Assembly: GCF_036321535.1 (NCBI RefSeq)
Contig: NC_087437.1
Location: 76,324,001 to 76,388,000, forward strand
DNA: 64,000 bases
DNA from: Camelus dromedarius
Lineage: Eukaryota
Reading direction: 5' to 3'
Shown here: positions 26,481-41,959 of the stretch, piece by piece
How the letters are laid out: each line of letters opens with the position of its first letter
Numbering within the stretch: position 1 is the stretch's first letter
Notes under the pieces: generated by a model
Databases searched by the model: none
What the model saw: only the letters and a program-made list of their open reading frames with translations
Told to the model about the DNA's origin: nothing
Position numbers and translations under genes: made by a program

Positions 26481-27001
26481 TTAGAATATGTAAATATGAT
26501 TCTTCTTTAGAATGAAATATGACTTAAATCCTCTAGAATGAATGATCTTAGTGATCTGAAGTTATTTGCGTATATACCTCCAAAGCTTGAAATTAGTATT
26601 CATATTATTAGGAGATCAAGTTGTAGGAGTGTATTTGTGGATGCCTTCCTACTTGGGGAGAACTTAAGAGGTAAGGTGCCATAATCTCATTTGAAGTGAG
26701 TCGATATCCATGTCACTCCACTGGCATGGAGACTGTGTACGTACGCATACTGTCGGTGTCACTCTCACATCCAGTCCCACAAGATGATTTGGTAAGTACC
26801 CCCAGGCAAACAACCAAAATAAAAGTTGATGGGCACCAAACAACCATGAGAATCCTGATATGTCTGTAGACTTCATCAGGATTAAACAACATTTTGGGGT
26901 TAGTTTTTCATCCTTGTTCTGGACAGCACAGGAATAGAAACATTTGCTAAACTCCTAAGAGGCAGAGGCAGTTTTGGCTTTGATAGTAGCAATTGGGAAT
27001 A

Positions 27002-27455
27002 TGTCAGTAAAAATTGCTTTTGACTGCAAGTGACAGAAAAATCAACTATGTTGGCTTAAACAGTATGGGTTTATTTCTCATATAATAATCAGTCCTTCAG
27101 TATAGATTGCTAGTCTTTCAGTGGCTTGGCAGTGCCAGAGTCAGCATCCTTGTCATTTTCTTGATCTTTCCTCATTTACACAATGTAAGTGCTGAAGTTT
27201 CAGCCATTATTTCTATGTTCAAATCAGGAAGATGTAGAAACTTGGAAACGATTACCAGCTGCATGTGTTCCTTTTTGCTAATGAAGAAAGATTCCTCAGA
27301 ATTCTCTCCAGCAGATCCCTGCTGACACCTGGGGCCAGAGGGAAAAAGGAAGTTGGTAAATTATATATTCGACTCTGTAGCCTCCATGGTTGGAGGCATC
27401 ATGGTAGAAAAGGGTGGGAAATGGCTTTTTGGTAGTCCAGTCAGCAGTGTCTGTC
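27002..27455 (-). mobile_element. Old MLT1 (K/L-like) LTR
   Basis: 'gcttttgactgcaagtgacagaaaa...tggcttaaaca...ggtttatttctca'. Confidence 0.55.
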
Positions 27456-29324
27456 GCCTAACAATAGGAGCCAAGGAAGCACTCCAGAGCAGATAAAATT
27501 GGCAAGTCATGGCCAAGGCCAAAGCAAAAGAAACAAGAGTCACCACACAGCAATGGCTCTGAAGAGACTGAAAATAGACTGGCATCTGGGAAGAGGAATC
27601 TTTAGGAAGACAAAAGCTCTGTGGGTCTCTAAACCATTCCCTGGGAACTTCCAGAGAGTATCACATCTGTTTTACCAACATATTACCAAGTAGTTAGGAT
27701 GGTGTCTGGTATATAGCAGGCTCTCTATGATTGTTTAGTTCATTAATGAATAAATGAATCATCTATGACCATGGTGAGATAAACCCAAGATGATGGTAAG
27801 AGGAACTTGGTGCTGCCTCACTCAATTTGGGACTTATTTCAATGGAACTGGGCTGATTTGGCAGATTAAAATAGTTAATTTTCACAGACTGGGAGGAGGA
27901 GGACATATACTCTTCATTTTCCTTTCCAGTGAAAGTTTGGAGAGGAGCCTGTTTAAAAAAATCACACAGAATTGAGGAGTTTGGGATTGAGATAAGTTTC
28001 AGGGCTGGGACAAACTGGGATTCTTACCCAATGCTGGGACTGCAGAAGAATACACTGGGGAGAGGGATCCAGTGTAACCCAGCCCCATCATGTCCATGCT
28101 TGTCTTTCTTGTCCTTAAAGAATACTCTGCATGTTCAATTAACAAGGGACCAGAAGAGTTGGCTGGGGAAATTTCATTCCTGATTAAAAATTCCATTTGT
28201 CTATGAGCTGAGCTTGTTTTAATAAAGTAACAGAGAAATGAATCTGAGGCTGCTAGTTCTTTGGCCCATTTAGATGAGTCATAGTGAATTGAATCTTCCC
28301 AGTTTTTTCAGTTTCCTTTAGGCTGCTCAGTCATACAGTATTTCAGAAGTTATAAGTACACTGAAATTGATTTTACAATTGTGAAAGTTCAAAACCTATG
28401 AGTTTTTTTTTAAACTGAGAAAAGGGGGAGCTATGCAAATTATCTTACTTCAGATTCAGTAATTTCCAAAAACGGAAACTTTTATATAATTATTTTGTCC
28501 ATGTGATTCTTGACTTTCTTTTAATTATTCTAGATGACAGTTAATGACTGGAGTTTCTGAAAAACATGCTTATTCTAAAAACCATTTTCAGTTAACTAGA
28601 AAAAAAAACAACAAAATTACCTCCTACCCCTCCATAGGAATTAAAAAATTTAATGGAAACCATAAAGGGATCAGAATATTAGAGCAAATAAAGAGAAGAA
28701 AATTAGATTAAGACCTTTTTTCATATATTTTCTCAGGGTAGAGTTTTGTCCCCCCTCAATTGAGAGACTATAGGAAAATAATAAGTAAAAACAATTACAA
28801 TTAATGTTATTTCCCTAGTTAAAGTATAACTTGCTCCACTCACCTGCATTTGAAATTCAGACCAAGGAACATTCTGCTGTCTTCATTATGTATAATAAAT
28901 CCTATAATAAAATTTTATTCTATATTATGATTCATGTTTTCCCCAAGCAATTAGGTATTTATTTATTTTATCATCTCATTTGTGGTTGCAATCTGAGTTG
29001 TGGGTTATGTTATGATTAGTTTTGTGAGGAAAAACATGAGGGTTGGAGGGAAAAAAGAAAGACATGTGAGGAAAATAGCAAAGGGAGATTGACCAAAAAT
29101 GGAGGAAGTAGGACGTAATTGGGAAAGTGTGTTCGGGGGCTAGCCTAAAACATTAATCAGAGTGCAGATACAGTGCAGGATCAGCTATGTACACTGAAGC
29201 AGCCGTTCAAGGGGCATAATCAGAGGATGAAGTGTGGTTGCTGGCATGAGTTGGATACAGAAATAAGGACCTGGAGAGGAGAGTTTGGAGAATGAATGTA
29301 TATTGCAGAGGCCCAGATAACTGG

Positions 29325-29762
29325 TTATGTTTCTGATGGTGTTTCTGGAACAGATTACCACTTGAGTGGGTGAACCTAGTAAAGTAGATGGGCTTCTCTG
29401 ATGTGCACGAACATCACCTAATCTGCTGAGGGCCTGACTAGAACAAAAAGGTGAAGGAAGGTTGAATTCACTCTCTTCCTGACTGAGTGAGCTGGGACAT
29501 AAATCTTCTCCTGTCCTTGGTGCTCCTGGCTCTCCACTCTTGAGACTCGGACTGGAATCTACACCATCAGCTTTCTGGCTCTCAGGCTATTGAACTACAC
29601 CATTGGCTATCCTGGGCCTCCAGCATGCAGATGGCAGATTATGGGACTTCTCAGAGTCCATTATGACCTTATAATAAATCTCTTTATATGTATTTATACT
29701 TTTAAAATTTAATTAATCAATTCATTCATTGGTTCTATTTGTGGAGACTCCTGACTAATATA
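29325..29762 (+). mobile_element. MLT2-family ERVL LTR
   Basis: 'aatctgctgagggcctgactagaacaaaaagg...gcagatggcagattatgggacttctcag...ctgactaata'. Confidence 0.8.
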
Positions 29763-30988
29763 TCAGGTATACCTGGAAGCAGAATCAGAAAGAATAGGAA
29801 AAGGTCAGCACTAAGGTTCATGGGCTGAAACTGAGCAGGGGACAAGAGGAAAGACAAATAACACAAGTGCACATGACCTTGGCTGGCAAGTGAGTAAAAG
29901 TGTGGAAAGAACTGAGATAGAGGGAGTAAGGAGGGAGGGACACCGAGACAGATGGAGAGAGAGAGGCAGAGAGGAGGCAGAAACCCATGGGTGGAAATAG
30001 TAACACATTATCAAAAACACAGGATAAGAGGGAAAGAGAAATACTCTACATTGTAAAGATGGTGAGAAGGAAGGCAGGCTAAGAGTGGTTCACTAGCTTT
30101 TACGTTAAGTGTATTAATACACGTTTCCTGTCAAACTCTGTTGTTCCCTTGAATGATAGGCTTTGCAGTAAGTTATTACTGTACTTTAAAACTCATATAA
30201 GCTGCTTAAACACTATCCACAGCTCCTCAACTTTTAAAAAATACTTCAACATTTAGAAGGATGATCTGAAGCTTCTACCAGAAGAATATGTGTATTTATT
30301 ATTATTATTATTACTTTTGCAAAAACTATAACGATACTAACTGGAACAATGTCACTGACAATAGGAAAAGAAATTAATCAAAAGGTTTATATATACATAT
30401 ATATTTAATGCCAAGTATATGTATGTATTACATGTGTATATGTGTGTTTGTATGTATACACACCCACTGTCATATAATATTAGTGCCTGGTCCCTAATGA
30501 AATGCTCGGATAATAGAAGATCAACAAGGCAAATTCTGGTGTGAGAAAGGCCAAAGTTTCAAAAATAATGGAACGTGGACTGTATGACCTGGGGAAAGGG
30601 ACTTTAGTTGGGTGTCAGTAATCACAGATTCCTTATCCTAGATCAATGCACTGCCCTACTTATGGAACACTAGGAAGCCCACACCGATGGTGAAAGACAT
30701 GGTTAAATGTGTCTTTGACCTCTAGGCCAGTACATTTGCCCCTATGTTTTGCTATTCTTTTACCTGACAGAATGCATGAATTCTTTGTGGCTTAAAGAGT
30801 GCTAGACCTACCATCTGAAGCCTTGGAATCTGGTCCAGACCCTTATAAGTTGGGTAATTTTAGGCAAGTCACTTCCACCTCTGAATCTCAGGCTCCTTCT
30901 GAGTGAGTTGGACTAACATTTTGGTCCTCAGTCTTTTTTCTGCCTCAACATACTCTCAGCAAATTCAATAGTAGTAGTAGTAGAGTTA

Positions 30989-31540
30989 TGTATTAGGGTT
31001 CTGCAGAGAAACAGAATAAATAGAATAGATACATAGAAAGAGATTTATTGTGAGGGACTGGCTCGTGCCATTATGGAGGCTAAGAAGTCCCGTGATATGC
31101 CATCTTCAAGCTGAAGTCCCAGGAAAGCCAGTGGTCTAGTTCCAGTTCAAACCCAAAGGCTTGAGAACCCAGGGGAGCCAGTGTTTTAAGTGTCAGTCTG
31201 ATTCTCAAGGCCTGAGGACTAGGGGACTGACAGTGTAAGTCCTGGTCTGAGGCCAAAGGCCCCAAAACCAGGCGTGCGGATGTCCAAGGGCAGGAGAAGA
31301 TGAATTCGCTAGCTCCAACAGAGCAAATTCACCCTTCCTCCAGCTTTTGTTCTATTCAGGTCCTCAGCAGATTGGATGATGCCCACTGCATTGGGGAGGG
31401 CAGTCTCTTTTTACTTAGTCTACAGAATCAAATGCTAATCTCTTCTGGAAATATCTTCACAGACACACCCAGAAATGTTTGACTAGCTATCTGGGCATGC
31501 CTTAGACTAGTCAAGTTGACACCTAAAATTAACCATCACA
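30989..31540 (-). mobile_element. MLT2-family ERVL LTR (near full length)
   Basis: TGTATTAGGGTTCTGCAGAGAAACAGAA...GTCAAGTTGACACCTAAAATTAACCATCACA termini. Confidence 0.88.
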
Positions 31541-31544
31541 AGTT

Positions 31545-31770
31545 ATATTTATTGAGTAGTTACCATGTGTCAGATGGTGAGCTAGGCACTTTTCCTCATC
31601 TCATCCGCAGCACATGATTTTGCATTTATTTTATTATTATCCACAATTTAGACACAAGGAAACTGGTCCAGAGAATTTAAGAAACTCAGCAAGGTCACAC
31701 AACTAGTGAGTAACGTACCTGTTATTAATTCAGGCCTATCTAACATCTAGATGTTTGTTCTTAGTCCCTA
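31545..31770 (-). mobile_element. MIR SINE
   Basis: 'tttattgagtagttaccatgtg...aaggaaactgg...aaggtcacacaactagtgagt'. Confidence 0.65.
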
Positions 31771-33599
31771 CATTATGCTGTTCCTTACAGTCACGATTCT
31801 CCAATGGGGTAGCAACAAGTTTATGCCCCTGACCCCGTGGACGTATCATGATACTGGCCTGCCAGGAGATTTTAAAGGGCCTTTACCCCCACTTGAATAT
31901 CACTGAGCTAGGTACTCTTTAGACTTCTTTTCACAGATAACTTTTGTGAGGTGAGGATCCTGCTGCTGAGAAGAAAATAAACTTTTATTGCAATAAGAGT
32001 AAATCTAGTAAATTCCACTGCTTTTTGCTGTCCTCTAACAGCCTGTATGAATCCGCCACTCGTCAGTCCCTCTTTGTCTCCTTCAATAACTTACTGTCTT
32101 CAGAGCAGCCTCTGATCAGAAACTTCATTCAGTCAGCTCTGACTTGTCTTCTGATCATACCTCTTAGATAACACATTGAAAATGCCACTTGGGTCACCTA
32201 TGGTGCTCTTCTAATTAGACTGCCTTGGGCATAATTTTGTTAATATTGCTATAACATCAAATAACCATGTCACTAATGGCTGTGATCCAATTACAACCTG
32301 TACATCAAGCAATTATTGTCTTTATAGTTGGCAAATGTAAGTTGATTGAGGGTCACTGTAAATGAGAGTGGCACCCACATTTCAGTTTTCTGATATCTGA
32401 AAGATGTGTCACTCCTTCCATCAGGATATTGTCTCGTGAGAGCTCCCCTTCTGAAGGGACTGGTGGAAAGAATACATCATCAAAATCAGACTATCCCCTG
32501 GGCACATTTTCATGCATTTCTTTTTCTATTCCAGATGAGAGCTGGGGAGAAGGGAAAGGTCTAAAAATAGGTGAGATGACCATCACATTTGACTTAACTG
32601 CCTGTAGAGGTACTGCCTTTGTCTTTTTTTTTTTTTTTTTTTTTTTAAGTATTTTCAGAGCACATGGTGTGGTGCCTTACCTCTACCTGGTGGGAATGAA
32701 AGGCTACACCAGAACCTCAGCTGTTTCTCACTCCTGTTGGGAATTTTCTTTTTTCTTCTCCTTGTCTTCCACTTCTCCTTGACTCTGCCTCTAGCTGGGG
32801 TGCATCTCCTGAAGCCCTGCACCCTTCCACCTCAGGCTTGCAGTGTGAAGAATACAGTAGGGGAGGGAAAGATGAGGGGATATGCACACCTATCCTGTAT
32901 TTGTCACAGGAGCCCCACAATGGCAACATTTCTACCTGCATGTTCCATTGGTTCAGCCATTGCCCTGCTCCACTAACTCCATCAGCCACTAATATTTCAT
33001 CTTTCAGATGGACTTCGAGTTCCACATTCCTCACCAATACAGTTATTTTCCAAGTAGATTATATTTCAAAAGACAAATGAGGGAGCAGAGCCTCCAAGCT
33101 TCGCCTCTACCTCACCGTCTCCAATATCTCCATCACCATTTATGGAACACCACTATGTGCCAAGAATTATGCTAAGTTCTCTGCGTATATAAACCCTCTC
33201 CCTTCTATCTCAGCTTTCAATTCTTCATCACTGTAAAAGATGACCTTGGCTGCACTTCAGCCCTTATTTTCTAGACTATATTTTCAAGAGGCACATGGAG
33301 CCCTTGCCCAAGAACTCCCCACCTCAGCTTTTCATCCCTAGAGTTCCTGCCTTGTTCCCCATTTGGACCTGCCCTTTGTCTCCATGTTCCCCAGGATGTC
33401 CTCCTAGTGCCACCAATCTGTGAAATTTTCACTCTGCTATCAGAAGTGGGGACCCTGATCCAGCTGTCAGGATACTGCTCTTGTAGTTGCTTTCCTGAAC
33501 ACACTTTGGCATGGGAACACACAAAAGTTCAACTCTATAGTTTAATGCATACCGATATCTCAGGTATTTTGTAGCTCAGTCAGCTTTTACAGGTTGGCC

Positions 33600-33710
33600 C
33601 AAAATGTAACTCTAATACTGTTTCTTTGTAATATGCTTTCTGAGTTGTTTTCAGTGGATTGACAAATGAAGTTTTGGAGCATAATCCATTGATACGTTAG
33701 GGATTGTCTA
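33600..33710. mobile_element. Tigger-family terminal fragment
   Basis: Reverse complement 'tagacaatccctaacgtatcaatggattatgctccaaaa' resembles Tigger/MER82-type ends. Confidence 0.35.
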
Positions 33711-35847
33711 CATTTTGGATTCATATAGAACAATACAGGAAAAGTTGCATTTTTGTGGCTTGAAGAATGAACCTTAAAATATTCTTTTTAGGAAGAGCAA
33801 TGCATTTTTCTAAATGAGACCTGAGTTGTGTCCCATGACAAAACTAAATTAAGTTTTAAAGGAAGTGTGTGGTTTTCTACTTCAAATCTAAGCAACAAAC
33901 CCAAGTAATTGGCAACTGGAGAGAACACTATTGGAAAGTATGTTCCTTTTTCATGAAAGGAAAAGAAAGTATGTGTCATTTTCATCTCTATTTCTTCACA
34001 TCTAGCTCAGCTAGTTCCTGGCATAGAGTCAGATTTTAATAAATGCTGTTTTTGAATAAATAGGACGTTCCAGTGTCTGTGTCTATGCAAGCAAGTATTC
34101 CAAACTGAACTAAATTATTTATCTTAAACTGAATCCCTTCCCTTCCCCCCACAATACTTTTATCTGATGCTTATTTTTATAGTGTGCAATTAAAGGTTGG
34201 CAAATGGCTGTTACAAATGATGGCATATTGGTTGAGTGCCCAGACCAGGAGGACAGCTTCACACCCTATCTTATTCTTATCACACTGTCTTCAAATGAGG
34301 GAGTCAAGAGTTGGTTTGGAGCTTTTGTATTCAGCCTGTCACTTGGTTCATTATTTGTTTGGAGTCCTTTATGGCTGATGAAAGGAGGCACAGTTCTGAA
34401 TGGGAGCTCCTTGAGGCAGGGTCTGTGTCCTGTTCGCCATCATGCCCCTTTTAATATCTAGCCTAGGGAAGGAAGGACATGACTATCATTTGTTAAGTGT
34501 CTACTAAGTCAGGCACTGTTTTGGGCAGGTTAGACACATGGTCTTATTTAATTAACACAGCTGTCTTATGAGAAAAGTCCAATTTAGAGTTGAGAAAACT
34601 GAAGAATACAAGGCTTAAGGAATTGGCCAAAATCACATAGTTATGAAGTTCACCATTGTATACCCAGCTCCTAGCACAGTGCTTGATACATAATAAAGAC
34701 TCAATAAATAACATCTGTTCTGCTTTGAACGTCCTTCCTCTTTTCACTATTGAGCACTGCCTGCCCAATAAATGTGCTCAATTTAATAGCCACAAGAGTG
34801 GTTTGAGACATTCTGGTGAATGTGCCATGGTTTTCATGTTTGACACACACATTATAACCGTTCTCCTACTTATACCCACCTTTTTGTAGAGAAGGATGGT
34901 GCTTTCTTTTCTGTCTTTTTTTTAATTCAAAGGTATTTGCTTAGAACCTATTGATGAAAGTGATTGTGGTGTTCAAGGTAAATAGGAAAGTTTCTATCTC
35001 TATCACAAAAACTCAAAAGTTTTATGAGGGAGACAGATTATGTGAATACAAAATGACAATGTGATGAAAATAAATGCTTTTCTTTCTCCCTCTCTCTCTC
35101 TCTCTATGCATATGTGTACATATATTTTGTATATATAGTATATATCATCAATAGCAACACTGGCAGGGGTGTTGTGGGAGTCCCCAATTCCTGCCACAGA
35201 GACTAAGGTAAAGGGTAAGAATCAGGGAAGGTGTACTCTTAGAGAAAAAATATTTGAGACTCAAATGACAAATTATTACTTAACAGTCAGATAAAAGAAT
35301 GGCATCCAAGGCAGTAGTGGCAGCAAGTACAAAGATACAAGATTTGAGAAAATCTGCAAGATGTTTTGTGCGGTTAGATGGTGGTTTGCATGTAAAGTTA
35401 TCATGAGAGGATGAGGACAAAGAAGTAATATTAATAAATACCCTTTATTTCATACTTACTGTACATCAATTATATTACTATATTATTCCTATAATAATCA
35501 TCATTATTCCTGGCAACAATCTATGATTATTATTTTTATTTTAAGAATAGGACACTGAGGCTTTAGGAATTTAAGCTTTGGCTTAATTCCCAGTTTACAC
35601 AGCTAATGAGTGACAGAGCCGGCTCTTGAACCAGGTCAGTCTGACACCAAAGCCATTGTGCTTTACCGCTTTGGAACACTACCTTCCAAGGGTAAAAATT
35701 CAGGTTGGAGAGAGTTGCATAGGCTCTGCCAAGAAATTTGGATTTTATTCTTCTAAATAAGAGAAACAATAAAAAGATCTTACAACTGTTTAAAAAAAAT
35801 CCTCTCTTTGACATTTACCTTGGAAATAGCTTTCTGCACTTGTGCCC

Positions 35848-37567
35848 TCAGCCAAGGGAAAAACAAAAATAAACAAATGGAACTACATCAAGCAAAAAAG
35901 CTTCTGTATAGCAAAGGAAACCATCAATAAAATGAAAAGATAATCTGTTGGACAGAAGATTTGCAAAGCATATATCTGATAAGGGGTTAATATCCAAAAT
36001 AGATAAAGAGCTCGTACAACTGAATAACCAAAAAAAACCCCAAAACCAAAAAAACCCAAAAACCCAAATAGTCTGATTGGAAAATGGGCAGAGGACCGGA
36101 ATAGACATTTTTCCAAAGAAGACATACAGATGGCCAACAGTCATATGAAAAGATGTTCAACATCACTAGTTATTAGGGAAATGCAAATCAAAACTACAAA
36201 GAGATGTCACCTCATGTCTGTTCTAATGGCTGTTACCAAAAAGGCAAGCAATAACAGGCGTTGGCAAGGATGTGAAGAGGGAACCCTTGTATACTGGAGG
36301 TAGGAATGTAAATTGGTGCAGCCACTGTGGGAAACAGTATGGAGAGTCCTCAAAAAATTAAGTAAAGAACTACCACATGATCCAGCTATCCTACTTCTGG
36401 GTATTTATCCAAAGGATATGAAAACATTAATTTGAAAAGATAGACATATCCCTATGTTCACTGCAGCATTATTTATAATAGCCAGTATAATAGCCAGAGT
36501 GCCCATTGATGGATAAATGAGTAAAGAATATATGATATATATTATATATACAATATAAAATATGTACAATGGAACACTACTCAGCCATAAAAAAGATGAA
36601 GTCTTGCCATTTGTGACAATATGGATGGACCTAGAAGGTCTGTTATGCTAAGTCAGGTAAATCAGAGAAATTCACTTATATGTGGAATCTAAAAAACAAA
36701 ACAAATGAACAACCATAACTAAACAGAAACAGTGTCATAGATACAGGTTAAAAATGGGAGGTTGCCAGAGGGGAGGGGCATAGGGCATGGTGGTCATTTT
36801 GTAACGTATGGAAATATTGAATCACTGTGTTGTGCACCAGGAACTAACATAGTGTTGTCGGTCAGTTATACTTCAAAAAGCAAACAAACGTATAGAAAAA
36901 GCTTTGTGGTTACCCTAGGCAGGAGGTAGGGGAAGGGGGAATTGGATGAAAGTGTTCAAAAGGTACACACCTCTGCTTGTAAGATAAATAAGTACAAGGG
37001 ATGTAATGTACAACATGATTAATATAATCAACACTGCTGTATGTTATATATGAAAGTTGTTACGAGAGTAAATCTTAAGAGTTCTCATCACAGGGAAAAA
37101 TATTTTTTTCTTTTTATTTAATTTTTTATCTATATGAGATGATGGATGTTCATTAAACTTATTGTGATAATCATTTCATGATGTATGTAAGTCAAATCAT
37201 TATGTTGTATGCTTTAAACTTACACAGTGCTGTATGTCAATTATATCTCAATAAAACTGGAAGGATAAAAAGATAAAACTTGCTAGTTGTTTTTTTCTGG
37301 ACTGTGAAATCACAAACACAATAAATGAACAGATCAAACCAAATAAAAACAAACACATAGATACAGAGAACAGAGGAGTGGTTACCAGAGGGGAAAGGAG
37401 GCTGGGGGAGGGTGAAATGCATAAAGGGAATCAACTGTATGGTGACGGATGGAAACTAAGTTTTTGGTGGTGAGTATGCTGTAGTATATACAGAAGAAGA
37501 AATATAATGTTGTATACATGAAACATGTAACATTATAAACCAATGTTAACCTCAATAAAAAATAAAT
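35848..37567 (+). mobile_element. L1 ORF2 C-terminus/3'UTR followed by stacked additional L1 3' ends
   Basis: 'aaacaaatggaactacatcaagcaaaaaagcttctg', 'agacatttttccaaagaagacatacagatggcc', 'gaactaccacatgatccagc'; polyA ends near 37255 and 37560. Confidence 0.88.
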
Positions 37568-37639
37568 TTAAGAAACTATCTTTCTTCCATAAAAATTACC
37601 CTATCAGAATTGGATTATGGACATTGTGGAAGCTGGGAT

Positions 37640-38460
37640 ACCAAGAAGAAAAACTTTTCATTCACACAGAGATATTATGGCTTTAACCAAAACAGAAGTG
37701 GGGACAAAGATAGAGGATGGATTCCATGAATCACTGGAAGATAAACAGGGAAAGATCTGATGATTAATACATCAAGTAAGAGAGACGATGACAGTAGTTT
37801 CCAGTTTGGTGATGTGGATAGCTTGCATTGTGATGCCATTAACAAAAAGGACACTGGAAGAGAAATGGGTTTGAGTCAGAAGAAGAAAGAATTATTAAGG
37901 TTAATCTTAGAAAGTCAAGAATTTGAGACTGCTGTACACATCCAAGTGGAGAAGATAAGTAGTCATTTGGAAAGCTCAGGATGTCCCAGGAGAGGCTGGG
38001 TTAGGGGTCCTTTGATTTGGGAGTGATTGAAGTGAAGCATCAGTATTTTAAGGTAACAGTCAGTGGCAGAAGAATCATCAAAGAAATTGAGAAGGCTCTG
38101 CCAGAGTGATGAGAAGAGGACCAGAAGAGACAGTGTGGAAGACATGATTCTAAGAGCTGTGGAAAGAGTAGGAGATGTGGACTTCGGCATGGGGAGTGGG
38201 CTTCTTATTCAAAGAGGATGATGAGAGATTAGCAAGAGGGGAGGGGAAAACAGAGACAAAGCAAACATACACTTTTGTAAGCTGAGTATAAAGAACTGGA
38301 AGGTGGAGATTAAGATGGAGGAAAGAAGAGGACTAACTGATGACGACCCTGCAAACCCCCTGAGGAGGAATGTGGATAAGAGAGACATCATTTCCTCTGA
38401 GCCAGGTAGGATGAAGATGAGTAGGGTGAGACGAGGTGAATTTGAAAGCAAGAACTGGGG
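37640..38460 (-). mobile_element. L2 fragment
   Basis: Purine-rich L2-like body ('tttgagactgctgtacacatccaagtggagaagataagtagtcatttgga'). Confidence 0.5.
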
Positions 38461-40781
38461 AAAAATGATTTCTTGACATGTATTACACATTGAGTTATAA
38501 TTTTAATGAGTCACATGAGATCTCGTGTAGGTGATAATAGTACATCATTGACTCAGGAGGAAAATCCTCTTTCCTCACAGGGAGCATAGGTGAAAGAACA
38601 GGACCAACAGTCATTTTTAGGGAAAGTAGGAGATTCTGAGAAAATCCTGTAGTGTCTCTCTCACTTTCTCTTCCTCTTAACATTCTTATGTTGGTAAAAA
38701 ACAGGTTAAAATGAACATGGTAGTGATCCCTGAATGGAAAAATCAGATCCATAAAAAAGTTGAAATAATAGCCTGTCAGTACTTTACGTTTATAAAATGC
38801 TTGGTGGCTTTTATTTCCCATGTTCCCTACCGGCCCCGCTCCTGTGCTCTTGTTTGTTTTTCTTTCTGCCTTGTCACTGTCCTCACCACCTCCTCCTCTC
38901 CTTACCTTCTTACTACAGGGCTCATCAACCCTCTTTCTCCTCTGATAGCACGAGCACTTTTTACATTGCTCTTTGCTTCCTGTCCCTATCTGTCGAACCT
39001 TAGAGTTGTGCACACGTTTTGTTCGTCCCATTCGATGTTGTGTGTCTATAGTACATGTCTCCTACTTTTTCTTTTACCCTCCACTATCCCTTGCTATGAG
39101 CAAACACTTAAGAAATATTTACTACATTAATAAAATGATGACAAAACAAAGCTAGTTGAAAAGTTGAGATGAAATGATAAAACTTGTACGTGTATATGAC
39201 TGCTCAGAACTAGGGTCTTTTGATTCCCAGCTCTCACCCTGAACTCTGTGCTTCTCTAGAAACATTTAGCAGGTGATAAGGGGGCAGATAGGGGAGACAA
39301 AGTGAAAGTGTGCATCAATGAGGCTCAGATGACCCAGGCAAATTCTGCCTGAGTCACTTTTTACTCTCCCAGAAGCCACTTGTGGTGTCATTTGCCTGTG
39401 TCATGGCTGACCTTCCCTAGTTACTCTGATGTGATGGCCACAGCCAATGTGCCGAGCTAGAACGCTGGCTGTTCTCTATGGATATCTCTGATAGTCAATA
39501 GAGACAATGAGCAGAGACTGCTGGTGCCTTTGCCGGAATAATGCTTTACTTCATTAGCACTGTCAATCCATTTAAAACAAACCCATTTAATAGATAGCCC
39601 TGCTTTAAGTAGGTATGTGATAGTATCATCCATGCTGCCCCATCACATATTTTAAGTTATTTATGTACATATCTGTAAATTTGTAAAGAAGGATCAAATA
39701 CAATGCATTTGGAAATGAAAAAGTTGTATCGTTATTACCAGACTGGCCCCAGACATCCTACTCCTCCCTTAGTTTTCCTCAGTGCTCATCTTAGTTCCTT
39801 TTTCCTCATTTGAAGCTGGGTTGTTCTCAGCTAATTGCCAAAGCCCTCCTTTCAAATTATTAACTGAGTATAGTTTGAAATAATATGTTTGCCAAGAATA
39901 TTTGTAATTTAACAATATATGACTCTCTGTTGGTAGATTTCCTTTACTGAGATAAGTGTTGAAGGAAATTTTTTTTTGCAGTTAATTTGTATAATTATTT
40001 AGAAAAAACTACATTACAATGGCAACCACCTATTATGTCCAAAAATGAAGCCCACCTCGGTAATGTATTATATGGTTGATCCAAGAAAAACACTTTGCCA
40101 TACAAGAATCTATGGTGGTACAGTGTTGAGATTTAACTTAGCTCACAAATCCCTCCTCAGATTTTCCCTTTTCCTCTCTATCAAACCTGTGAGACAAGGT
40201 ATTTATTTCATTTTATGAAAATGTAAAAAAATACCCAATACCATATTTGGCTTTCCCCTCCTTTTCAATTATTTGATAGAGATGAAGTTGAAAGAAAAAT
40301 CCCATTTTTGGAATGAATTTTCCTGGTAATAACTTGTCCTTTCAGTGCCTTTCATTTTTGTAGCTCTAACTTCAGTAGACTTGACAGTGAGTATCTTTTT
40401 CACTCCATGCTATTTAAAATTTAGTTAGTAGAGTCTGTCTGTGGTATCACAAATCTTATCTGCAGAGGCCACTGGGACAAAAGTGCATAGAAAACTGACC
40501 TGGGAGCTACCAAATGTGTTTCTCATTCCTTTGACTGCTTTATTCTTTGCTTCCACATATAAATGAAATAGGCACTGAAAGAGTCCTCATAAATGGCCTT
40601 TGAGAAAACAAGAAACTTGACAGTGTATCACAATTGTCCAATGGGGTGATATGCCTCAACTTACCATAGGTGTACAGAAATTTCACAGACTGCTGTGGGT
40701 CTGCTACCCACAGTGAGCTAACTACCAAGGAGTTCACAGCAACCACAAAGATGTCTGAATGCTTGGAATGGCCAAGTTACA

Positions 40782-40787
40782 TTTATT
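40782..40787 (-). terminator. Candidate CCDC54 polyadenylation signal AATAAA
   Basis: TTTATT on + strand 28 nt after the stop codon; a second at 40539-40544. Confidence 0.55.
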
Positions 40788-40814
40788 TTGTACCAAGCAA
40801 AGCAGAAAATTACT

Positions 40815-41804
<990 letters not shown>

Positions 41805-41959
41805 TCATAATGAAACAAGAGGCAAGGTGTTGGGAAACCTGACCAAAATCAAAGAAAGGAGCAATGTCAGAATGAAATGGTCTTTCTCTTACTATTTGTT
41901 GGGTGTCTTTCCTGGTAACATCCTAGAACGCCTTATGGAGAGTATCAAGGGCAACAGTG

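Noticed and set aside
38495..39130. 178-aa (-) and 139-aa (+) overlapping ORFs
   Set aside because: Arise from a pyrimidine/purine-skewed low-complexity stretch; no recognisable domain or gene structure
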